A DNA stretch of 64,000 nt, from the NCBI RefSeq assembly GCF_001194135.2, contig NC_068981.1:57658201-57722200 (forward strand), read 5' to 3'. A program made the translations under genes and the position numbers. The notes beneath the pieces are model-generated. The model did no database searches and was not told the origin of the DNA. It saw nothing but the letters and a program-made list of their open reading frames with translations. Positions 54,101 to 64,000 of the stretch are shown here, piece after piece (positions within the stretch are counted from its first letter, which is position 1; the number at the start of each line of letters is the position of its first letter). Source of the stretch: Octopus bimaculoides. Lineage: Eukaryota.

Positions 54101-56490
54101 TTTATATCTTTATCATATAAATTTTCCATATATTTCTTTTAGAAGAAACAACTTTATTTTGGCTTACGTTATAGCGTATGGTTCCTCTGACGCAAGTTTG
54201 AGCATCACCAATGTCATATCGATCAATATACACTGTGGAATCTCTGTTTGGGAAACCTTCAAGATTGAAGCCTGGTAGGAAATCAAGTTTACGAACTACA
54301 TCCAGTAAAGTGCCGCCTGATTCAATTTCAACCTCCTGGAATATAAATTGATAGACAAAGTGTATTGCTTACATGATGTCTTGAAAAAGAATGTAAAATC
54401 TAAGAGATATTTAATTTATGAAAAAAAAAAAAAATCATTCAAGTTTATTTTTAGTCAAATTGGCAAAATGACAAATATATATATATGATTGTAAATTAAC
54501 AATTTATTAGAACTAAAGAAAAAAAATTACATCTTACTTTTCCTTTCTCTAAGTACTTTGCTCCAGCTAACAGATTCAATAAGACACCTCTAGGAGACCA
54601 GCTGAAAGATGAATTGAAGAACAAAGTATTAATATGACTATTATATATGATAAATTTATCTGATTACACATGCATACATGCAGACAAAATGAATGAGCGT
54701 GAGGAAGATCATATCAACAGAGTTTGAAGCTCTCAAGAAATCACTACCAATGGATTGTGTCCGTAACTAATACTCTTAAATCTGAATCTTTTGAGTTCAC
54801 CTAGTTCTGTGCAGATGTTCATTTTAGTTCAAGCACAATACTAATAAAAGAAATACTTGTAAAAGACGAAGCTGATTCAAACAACCAAATCTCCAAGCCA
54901 ACAAAAGAACATCTTTAGTTACTAAACTGGCTGAAATAGCAGCTAAATCATCCTCAAGTCACATACTAGCATCTTAGAAAAGGAAGAACACATTAAATAA
55001 TAATGAAGTCCTGTTTAGCTCTAAAGAGATGAATGGTGATGGCAGGAATTTGATCTTAGGTTCGCTTGATCAGAACCAACTTGCTACAAAATAACAAATA
55101 GATTTTTTTTTTTGCTTATTTAAAAGAAATCAATTCATTTTGTTGAAGAGATCAATAATCGCAACTTACCTAAATTTGTATCTAAGTGGACATTCTGAGA
55201 ATTCAGGAGCTGGTAAACCACCACACCAAGATGTAAAAGAATTAATCTGTAGATCAAAATGAAATATGTAAATATAGTCCAAAGCCAACCAAATTAAACA
55301 ATATACATACATACATCATCATCATCGTTTAACGTCCGCTTTCCATGCTAGCATGGGTTGGACGATTTGACTGAGGACTGGTGAAACCGGATGGCAACAC
55401 CAGGCTCCAATCTAAATTTGGCAGAGCTTCTACAGCTGGATGCCCTTCCTAACGCCAACCACTCAGAGAGTGTAGTAGGTGCTTTTACGTGTCACCCACA
55501 CAAAGGCCAGTCAGGCGATGCTGGCAACGGCCACGCTCGAAATGGTGTCTTTTATGTGCCACCCGCACAAGAGCCAGTCCAGGGGCACTGGCAACGATCT
55601 CGCTCAAAAATCCTACGAAGGCCAGTCAGGTGGTACTGGCAACGGCCACGCTCAAAATAGTGCATCTTATGTGTCACCCGCACAAGAGCCAGTCCAGGGG
55701 CACTGGCAACGATCTCACTTGGCTTGCCGGGTCTTCTCTCACACAGCACATTTCCAAAGGTCTTGGTCAGTAGTCATCGCCTCGGTGAGGCCCAATGTAT
55801 GAAGGTCTTGCCTCACCACCTCAGCCCAGGTCTTCCTGGGCCTACCTCTTCCACGGGTTCCCTCAACTGTTAGGGTGTGGCACTTTTTCACGCAGCTATC
55901 CTCATCCATTCTCACCACATGTCCATACCAGGGCAATCATCTCTCTTGCATACCACAACTGATGCTTCTAATGTTCAGCCTTTCTCTCAAGATACTTACA
56001 CTCTGACGGGTATTCACATTGACATTACACATCCAACGGAGTATACTGGCTTCATTCCTTGCGAGCTTACGCATGTCCTCAGCAGTTACAGCCCATGTTT
56101 CACTGCCATGTAGCATGGCTGTTCGTACACATGCCTCATACAGTCTGCCTTTTACTCTGAGTGAGAGTCCCTTTGTTGCCAGCAGAGGTAAGAGCTCTCT
56201 ACATACATATATATATATATAATTCAAGTATAGGATAAAATCTTTATAAGAATTTATCCCTCTATTGCTAGGGTGTGACACTTTGGCACACAGCTGTTCT
56301 CATCCATATGCAACACATAACCATACCAGCGCAGTCGTCTCTCTTGCACACCACATCTGATGCTTCTTATGGCCAACTTTTCCCTCAGAGTTCTTATACT
56401 CTGTCGTGTATGCACACTGACATTATACATCCAGCAGAGCATACTAGCTTCATTCCTTGAAAGCTTACTCATGTCCTCAACAGTCATGGC

Positions 56491-56527
<37 letters not shown>

Positions 56528-56802
56528 TATCCACACCATTGCTTGACAACCAATGTTGCTGTGTGTATGTCCCCGTAACTTAGCCGTTTTTAGCAAAACA
56601 CACTAATCGGATAAGTACTAGGCTTATAAAAAATAAATCCTGGGTTTGATTTCTTCGATTAAATGTGGTGCTCCAGCATGGCCGCAGTCACATGACCAAA
56701 AGAAGTAAAACAATAAAAAACTATGTCATTTTAATCCCAAGCAACGCCCGGTATCTCTGCTAGTTAAAAATATAAAATGCCGACAATTTACCCATTGCAC
56801 CT

Positions 56803-56857
<55 letters not shown>

Positions 56858-59800
56858 GTGTGTGTGTGTGACTTTGTGTTTGTCTCTTTATTCAATATAT
56901 ATGTGGATGAGTGCTGAGAAACTTGCTTCTCCACCACATGGTCCCGGGTTCAGTCCCACTGCATGGTACCTTAGGCAAGCGTCTCCTACTATAGCTTTGA
57001 GCTGACCAAAGCCTTGTGAGTGGATTTGGTAGATGGGAACTGAAAGAAACCTCTGTGTGTGTGTCTTTGTCTCCCCCCACCGCTTGACAACTGGTGTTGG
57101 AGTGCTTATGTCTCCGTAACTTAGTGGTTCAGTGAAAGAGACCAACAGAATAAGTACCAGGCTTTAAAAAAATGTCTTAGAGTTGATTTGTTTGACTAAA
57201 TCCCTTCAAGCCAGAGCCCCAGCATGGCCTCAGTGAAATGATTGAAACAAGATAAAAGATAAGAGATAAATCTTCCATTGAATGAAGTGCCTGTCCATCA
57301 CAGGTAACATGCAAAGATGATCCCATGTTTGTTAATAAAATGTATACAGTGTGTTTAAACTCAATTCACATGAGTTAACAGCACCATAGATTGCTCCTTA
57401 TATACATTACATTCTTTACTAATATTAGGAATAAAGTTCATGAGAAAATGTCACAGCCTTACTTTTCCTCCTCCAGTCCTAACTTCATCAAAACACTCCA
57501 TAGCAAGCATATGATCAATGCCAGGATCCACTCCAACTTCATTGACAATGGTGACACCAGCATTTACGGCCCTAAAGTAGACAACAACAACATCAAATCA
57601 AAGATCAGATTAGTCTTCAAGGTAAGTTCTCAAATTGAAATATCAAAGTACTTTTTATTTTTGATCTTAGTAGCCACTGTTATTTTCTGATTCCCTTCTG
57701 AAAGTTTATTTCATCATTGTCTTTTGAGCAATAAGCATCACAATGAACACTTAGGTATTTAAACTAATTAATTTCTAATTCTTGTGTAGATACAGATATT
57801 TATTTCAAATTCTGGCACAAGGCCAGCAATTTCAGGGAGGGGATAAGTTGATTACATCAACACAAGTGTTTAACTGGTACTTATTTTATTCACTCCAAGA
57901 GGATCAAAGGCAAAGTCGACCCCAACAGAATTTGAACTCAAACCATAAAAGCATTTTGCCTGGTGTGCTAACAATTCTGCCAGCTCATCATCTTATTGTG
58001 TTGATATTATGAAACTATAATTAATAAACAACAGTAAGTTAGTGTTTGCATATTTAATGCACTGAATAAAAATAAGTGAATTAAAATATTTATGCAGTGA
58101 GGAAAAGACAATGTTAGTCAATGACAATATTTTAATTATTCCAACAAGTATGAGAGACAATTCCTAGAATATTTTGGTCTTATAAGACATTCTCAGCAAG
58201 TAGTGACTTCACTGCACTTGCTGAAGTAGTGATGAGATAATCGCTAAGTAGATGTACAATATTGTACATGAATAGCTGCATAAAGTATATTTAAAGAATA
58301 AATTACAGGCAGAAAAATTCTCCCAGTAACTTTAATTATCAGTATTTGGTTAGCACAGGAGACAATATACATATATATACATACATATAACGTACCTCAT
58401 GTTCGAAAAAAATGCTTAAAATGTAGAATACTACATGCAAGAAACTTACTCAACTGTAACATACATGAATGTCCTAAAGTTAGTCGGCAGAGAAGTGGGA
58501 AAAAGTCAATCTATACTTTCTTTTAAAATATAATTAGCTTATAAACAATACTTTATTGCTAAGCCTGATCATTGCTGATAAAAGGTAACAAGTCTCATCA
58601 CAATGCAAATAAAGAATTTGTTGATGCTGATAATGATATTAATTCAATCTAGACTGTAGTATCAGTGGCAAATAAATCACTTTTAATAGAGTCATGAGGA
58701 CACAAATTTTGAGAGAAGCAGGTTAGTTGATTACACTGACCCCCTATGCTGATTGGTACTCTTATTTCATGGACCCAAAAGAATGAACACAGAATGTAAA
58801 GAGTTGGAATAAATACTGCAAAGCCCTGTTAAAATTCTACCACTATATCATCCTGTTAGTGGCAAATGATAATAAAGAAAAGTATGGTTTGCTGTGCAAC
58901 ATGTTAAATGAAGTTTAAATATAAAAGTTTATAATCTCTAAATTTGTCATGAGGCTACAATGTATATGACAGTCACAAAACTTAAATATGAAAATAACCT
59001 TTACTTTTCTTGAATACACTAAGCTCAGATACAAAGTACTTGAGCCAATACACATGGCACTCTGATGACATAGGTTGAACAGGAACCATAAGGGATGTTG
59101 AAGGGGGTTCATTTTCTTTCTTGTTCTTATTTGTTACTTGCATCAAAGGAATAAAGGTAGAAATTAGATTCTAATCAATTAAGGCAACTTTCAGGTGATT
59201 AATGTCAGTCTGATGCTGTTTTTTGATGAGAAGGACAAAATGGTTGGGGACAAGGTCCAACATGAGAGAACTTTGTCTTTAGTAGCTGCAGTCTGTCACT
59301 AGTAAGTCATCAAGGTTGAGCAGTTACTGAAGGTTCAGTGGTTTTGATGTGACAGTAGGCATTATGCTTGATAGGATCATTTTGGTACCACAGCTGAGTA
59401 ATCTCTAAAAATTCAGCTAAAATATCATCATATAGAAAATGGATCAAAAGATGTTTGATAGGGAATCAGAGAAAATAAGGTTGATACACAACCTACCACA
59501 AAGAAACAAAAAAAAAAATATTGTGCCAGCAAAACCTAACAGCAACTGTATTGTATTCTTCAATAGAGTACGTTATTTTTACTTGCTCAACTACCTAGTT
59601 AGTTAGACACTACATCCACATAATGATTAAGTGGTGTGTGTAAGAAATAGAATCCCACAGTGAAAAACAACACCTGGTTATGATTTAGAATTTCCTAATG
59701 CATGTTAGAAGAGGAAAAACAAAAGTTAAAGCTGTTAAAAACAGTTTTCCAATGCAAGAAAGTATTATGCCAACTAAAGTAGTGTGTACCTCCATTCTCT

Positions 59801-62800
59801 TGAAATTATAGCTATGTTGCCGGTTTCAATGTTATATTGCAGACTCCCAATCCATACCAGTATGGTAAATAACAAAGCAAAAGAATGGCATAACATGCAA
59901 TATCAAGAACAATAAAAATAATAATAGTCTCAATTATTAGATAGACATGCCAATCCAAACTGAGAAGGGGATCAAGGCAAGCTATCCTGATATAATTATC
60001 AAACACTGGAACAAAAATACCTGCACGCTGATAGACATCGCAATCCCTTCTGACCAAAACATTGTCCAAAAGGAAGTTGAGAAACAGTCAAAGTACAAGG
60101 ATCTCAAAACTGAAATGAACAGGATGTGGGGCATAAAAATAAAAACAATACTAATAATAATTAGAGTACTAGGTATGATATTAAAAAGAAAGAATAAAAT
60201 GAACAAAAAAACCCAAGAAAGAAAGCCATATGAGGGTTCACAATGTTACAAAGTTTTAAAAAATAGCTCTGCTAGTTATAACCCACATTATACAGAAGAC
60301 AGTTTCAGTTCCATAACACAACTCAAACAATACACACTCTGCATACAATATATGCCCTACACAATAATCACTAAATAAAATAACAAAATTCACACAACAC
60401 ATACTATACACAATCAACACCCACTAAAGTAAAGCAACACACACTTCTATACGACCAAATTCTGACACCGTAATACACACTCTACTACTCTTGAATATTA
60501 TAACATGTTATAGACATTATAACATGCTACAGGCTTGTGACATAGAGAGCAACTGGGAATTCCTGTGGGACAGCTTGCTGAGTGCCACAGACCAAATATG
60601 TGGTTGGTACACAGTCCCATCCAAACCTAGAGTAATGTGGTGGAACAATGTGGTAGACAGGGCCATTAGAGCTAATAAACAGGCCTGGAAAAATGGGTGT
60701 AGCAGGGAGCTGTATCATATTGCCAGATGGGATGCTAGGAGACAAGTATATCTAGCCAAGGGAGAAACAGAAAAGAAGCAGGTTGTCTATGATCAGCAAC
60801 ATGAGGGCCAAAGTGTTTCAGATTACAAGACAGTGTGTGAGAGAAAATTGTGATGTCATAGGAGAGAAATGTGTCCATATGGATGATGATGCACTTGCAT
60901 GTAATGATTCTGCAAAGAAAGAGGCTTGGAGAAGCCATTATGAAAGACTGCTGGATGTAGACAATGAGTGGGAGGAGGAGAGTCTGCTAAATGTTGACCC
61001 AATTGAGGGACTGGCTACCTGAATCGACAGATCCATGGTAGATAAAGCAATTAAGGATATGAAGACAGGAAAAGCCCCTGGCCCATCATGAATCACTGTT
61101 GAGATACTTAAAATATCTGGTGGTGTGGGTTATGGTCTAGTCACCCATATTGTAAATCAGGTGGTTCACAAAGGAGTCATACCCAATGACTGGTGTAGCA
61201 GCACCATAGTCAACTGCTACAAAGGTAAAGGTGATGCCTTAGATATAATTAGAGGTATCAAATTGCTGGATCAGGAGATGAAAGCTACGGAAAGAGTCAT
61301 ATCCAAGGGAAAGAGTCTGCCTAGATGAGATGCAGTTTGATTTTGTGCCAGGTAGAAGCACCACTAATTTGGGGAAGGAGATTAGTTGTTTGGTATTTAT
61401 TTTATTGATCCTGGAAGGATGGAAGGAAAAGTCAACAGTGGTCAGATTTGAACCTAGCAACTCTGAATACGAACTGAGGGAACCATAATGACCTGTACAA
61501 ATCACGCCAGCAAGGAAAATGAACATAAAGAGCCAGAACGAAATGTTGTATGGTATTATTATGTTCAGTGCTCTAACAATTTAGCAACTTTATCGCGAGG
61601 AAAAGAAAAACTAACTCCATTCAACAAATGAAACATCTATTGCAGTATGAAACAAAAATGTAAAGAACGCTAAGCCTTTATCTATTGAAACTTTAATACC
61701 TCTGTTCAATTTTAAAATGGTTTGCAGAACACAAAGTATAGTTATACTAACTCTTGATGTAATTCTCTCATTGCTGGGCTCACATAGCTTGCAGTTACCA
61801 TATTCTTATGATTGGCTATACACACCTTGGCAATTTCAGGGTGATATATAAAAGGCAACAAACTGAAATGATAAGAAAATAAGAAACATATAATTGTGTT
61901 TTAATGAGTAAATTAATGCTTTCCATGCTGGCATGGGTTGGACGGTTTGACTGAGGACTGGTGAGCCAAAAGGCTGCACCAGGCTCAATCTGTTCTGGCA
62001 AAGTTTCTACAGCTGGATGCCCTTCCTAACGCCAACCACTCCAAGAGTGTACTGGGAGTTTTACGTGCCACCAGCATGAGGGCCACTTAGGCGGTTCTGG
62101 CAATGATCACGCTCAAAAGGTGCTTTTTACGTGCTACTTGCACGGGAGCCAGTCAGGCAGCACTGGCAACGACCACGCTCGAATGTTGTTTTTCACGTCC
62201 TACCGGCACATGTGCTGGTAAGGCAACGTTGGCAATGATCACACTCGAATAGTACTTTTTACATGCAACCGGCATGGGAGTCAATCTGTGGCCCTGGCAA
62301 CGATCACACTCGGATGTGCTTTTAACGTTCCACTGACACAAGTGCCAATCAGGCAGTACTGTCATCGGCCACGTCAGCGATTTTGATTTGATTTCACTTA
62401 GCATAATAAGGCAAATCACCTTTTCAACTCCACAATTGAAAAATTACCCTGATGTTTTTAGAACTATGTGAACTTAGTCACTGAGAATTAAGTATCTTGG
62501 CCAAAGATACATTGTCAGGGATAGGAGGTGAACTACTGACCTCTCAGCTGATAGCCTGCCAACTTGCCCAAGTGTTCAGTAATGCACAAAAAGGAAATGT
62601 AAAAATTTCAAAACCTCACATTTCTAATTTTCCAGTCTATTCAATATGGATATGAGAAGATACTTTTGAATACACAAATTAAATTGGTTGACTTATTTAC
62701 AACATTAAAGCTAGAAATAAATAAAGCATCTGTTGTGATCAATGAACACTTTAAATTGGATAATAAAAGAATACAGAAAACTATGCAATAGCATTGGTGT

Positions 62801-63052
62801 TAATAGTTTCTAGCAAATCAAATAATCATGTAGAGTCTCCTTTATTGGATTGTTGTAGTAATAGTAGAAACACTTGTAGTAGAGCAGGAATGGTGATAGT
62901 AAAGCAATCTCAGGAATCTTACCTGATAACTACATCATGTTCTTGGACAAGGTTTTCCAATTCTTCTCTGTTCCGATTTATGTCTAAAATAACACAGTCG
63001 ATGTTAGGATTCAGTTTTGACACTATGTCCAAATCATCCTTCAGTTGTGAAG
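48133..63052 (-). CDS. AASS: Alpha-aminoadipic semialdehyde synthase (saccharopine dehydrogenase half), 5'-partial, 11 coding exons
   Basis: Exons in transcript order: 62923-63052, 61752-61862, 57463-57571, 55170-55246, 54538-54601, 54168-54335, 52718-52813, 51800-51915, 50657-50745, 50304-50480, 48133-48251; phases match. Motifs: VISLLPFIYHP, NMVTASYVSP, NEVGVDPGIDHMLA, SWCGGLPAPE, PLRYKFSWSPRG, NLEGFPNRDS, RGTIRY, SAMAKTVGLPCAIA. Upstream (LKR) exons lie beyond the window, so the bifunctional state is inferred. Confidence 0.95.
49363..49978 (+). mobile_element. Young 5'-truncated RTE LINE in the last AASS intron
   Basis: ORF end identical in type to 10573-11208, with the 3' UTR carrying an internal deletion and a (GAT)n tail. 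Confidence 0.92.
53260..53985 (-). mobile_element. Non-autonomous Helitron-like element
   Basis: On the minus strand it starts TC (53985-53984) after an A and ends CTAG (53263-53260) before a T. A short palindrome CGTGAA-TAT-TTCATG (53271-53285) lies 7 nt from CTAG, and a second copy of it is at 53556-53570. The 5' boundary is less certain. Confidence 0.6.
55318..56198 (-). mobile_element. Young 5'-truncated RTE LINE in an AASS intron
   Basis: Encodes LPLLATKGLSLRVKGRLYEACVRTAMLHGSETW...RGRGRPRKTW, followed by the 3' UTR and (GAT)n. ACATACAT lies on both flanks (possible TSD). Confidence 0.92.
56254..56490 (-). mobile_element. Older RTE ORF2 fragment
   Basis: MTVEDMSKLSRNEASMLCWMYNVSVH...RRLRWYGYVLHMDENSCV. 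Confidence 0.75.
56741..56764 (+). mobile_element. Helitron-like 3' terminus fragment
   Basis: GCAACGCCCGGTATCTCTGCTAG followed by T, resembling Lep1-type Helitron 3' ends. Confidence 0.35.
59930..60200 (+). mobile_element. R4/Dong-type (RLE) LINE C-terminal remnant
   Basis: YPDIIIKHWNKNTCTLIDIAIPSDQNIVQKEVEKQSKYKDLKTEMNRMW shows the PD...ID(x)n-K.KY restriction-like endonuclease motif, followed by a CAA-rich tail-like region. Confidence 0.75.
60520..61370 (+). mobile_element. RTE ORF2 internal fragment (tether / RT start), decayed
   Basis: WWNNVVDRAI, AWRSHYERLL, AIKDMKTGKAPGPS, IPNDWCSSTIVNCYKGKGDAL, RGIKLL; frameshifts and stops are present. Confidence 0.85.
61915..62400 (-). mobile_element. 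RTE LINE 3' UTR
   Basis: TTTCCATGCTGGCATGGGTTGGACGG...CTACAGCTGGATGCCCTTCCTAACGCCAACCAC. Confidence 0.8.
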
Positions 63053-63714
63053 CTGCAGAAAAGATATCAGAAATAAAATATTAAAATGTTTTTTACTTAC
63101 AGAAAATATAAGGTTTGCTTTATTAAAATTCTAATGTTAAATGCTGAAAGGTTGATGTTCAAAACAATATTGTGCAACATTGTACCAAGTAAATAATATA
63201 AATTAGTATACATTTATTTAAGCACAATGTCATAAACAAAATCAAGTTTATCTTCTAAAAAAACAAAAAGAACTGCAGGATTCTCACAGTGTTGACTTAA
63301 CAACACTTTACATGCTATACACTGGTAAAGTTGAAAAGTCACTTTTGAATATGCTTTTTGTTTGATTTGAGACATGTGAACTTTTTCAATGTATTTTGTA
63401 CGTCTCCTAATATAATAATGAGCGTAGTGTTTTTATATATTTGTATATATATATATATATATGTATTTGTCCAGAATCACACCGGACACAGAGGAAGAGA
63501 GAAAATATTAATTCAGTGAAGGAGCAGTAGTGAGAGTAATAGCCCTGACTGAGAGGGAGTGAGAGAAAGTAATAGCAATAAGTGAAAGGAAGGAGTGATA
63601 GATGAATAAGGAAGGAAGGGGTGAAAACAAAAACAGCATTTCAACTCTGTGTGAGTATGTACGTGTACAAGAGAAGTATGTGAATGTTTTTATGTGTGGT
63701 TATTATGTACTTTA

Positions 63715-64000
63715 TTTATATATAAAATACGGATCTTTTTTAAAACGGGGGCCACATTTTTCATTAATGTTTTACGTAGTGTTTTTGGTACGGAAAGACT
63801 TTCAAACTTCGTATACTTATCTATTTTGTGTTATAGAACAGAAAAATATTTTTGTATTCAAATTTATTTCATGTAAAAAATTGTCTTATTTCGATAATTT
63901 CAACCAATCACTGACGTCCATTCAGTCGATATACATTAAGTGCCGACTACATAAACAAACGATTCTTCGTTTTATTTGCTTTTTTCATTTTAAATTTGCT
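63715..64000 (+). mobile_element. Possible non-autonomous Helitron/DNA element (runs off window)
   Basis: TATATATATAAAATACGGATC start and CpG-containing body (CAACCAATCACTGACGTCC), unlike the surrounding intron. Family assignment is tentative. Confidence 0.3.

Noticed and set aside
58450-58473. 24-nt minus-strand micro-exon candidate in AASS
   Set aside because: Phase fits, but flanking exons already join into a gap-free alignment with known AASS and the peptide has no homology.

Overview
AT-rich, repeat-dense eukaryotic (animal) genomic DNA with three assembly gaps (13711-13890, 21604-22290, 23033-23606). The repeat families (RTE LINE 3' ends with (GAT)n tails, tRNA-head SINEs) suggest a cephalopod, probably Octopus; this is an inference. 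Four housekeeping genes were reconstructed by hand with GT-AG junctions and consistent phases. NDUFV2 (+) has 8 coding exons in the window and its first exon lies upstream. XRN2 (-) is a complete 928-aa ORF with no introns. POFUT1 (+) is complete, with 7 coding exons and about 379 aa. AASS (-) shows 11 exons of its saccharopine dehydrogenase half, and its 5' part is outside the window. Introns and intergenic DNA hold young and old RTE LINE fragments, SINEs, a decayed DD37D (maT-type) transposon, mariner remnants, Merlin-like MITEs with 8-bp TSDs, Helitron-like elements, an R4/Dong-type LINE remnant and microsatellites. The most notable observations are: (1) intronless XRN2; (2) a 5S rRNA copy fused to an RTE 3' tail (SINE3-like chimera); (3) a Helitron-like element in an AASS intron carrying a diverged copy of the neighbouring AASS exon; (4) a split AGT (Ser) codon at a conserved Gly of AASS that A-to-I editing would restore, next to a near-identical inverted RTE pair bracketing seven exons; (5) palindromic mini-elements with telomere-like repeats in their loops. 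No database searches were run; homology calls rest on recognised motifs, and percent identities are by-eye estimates.
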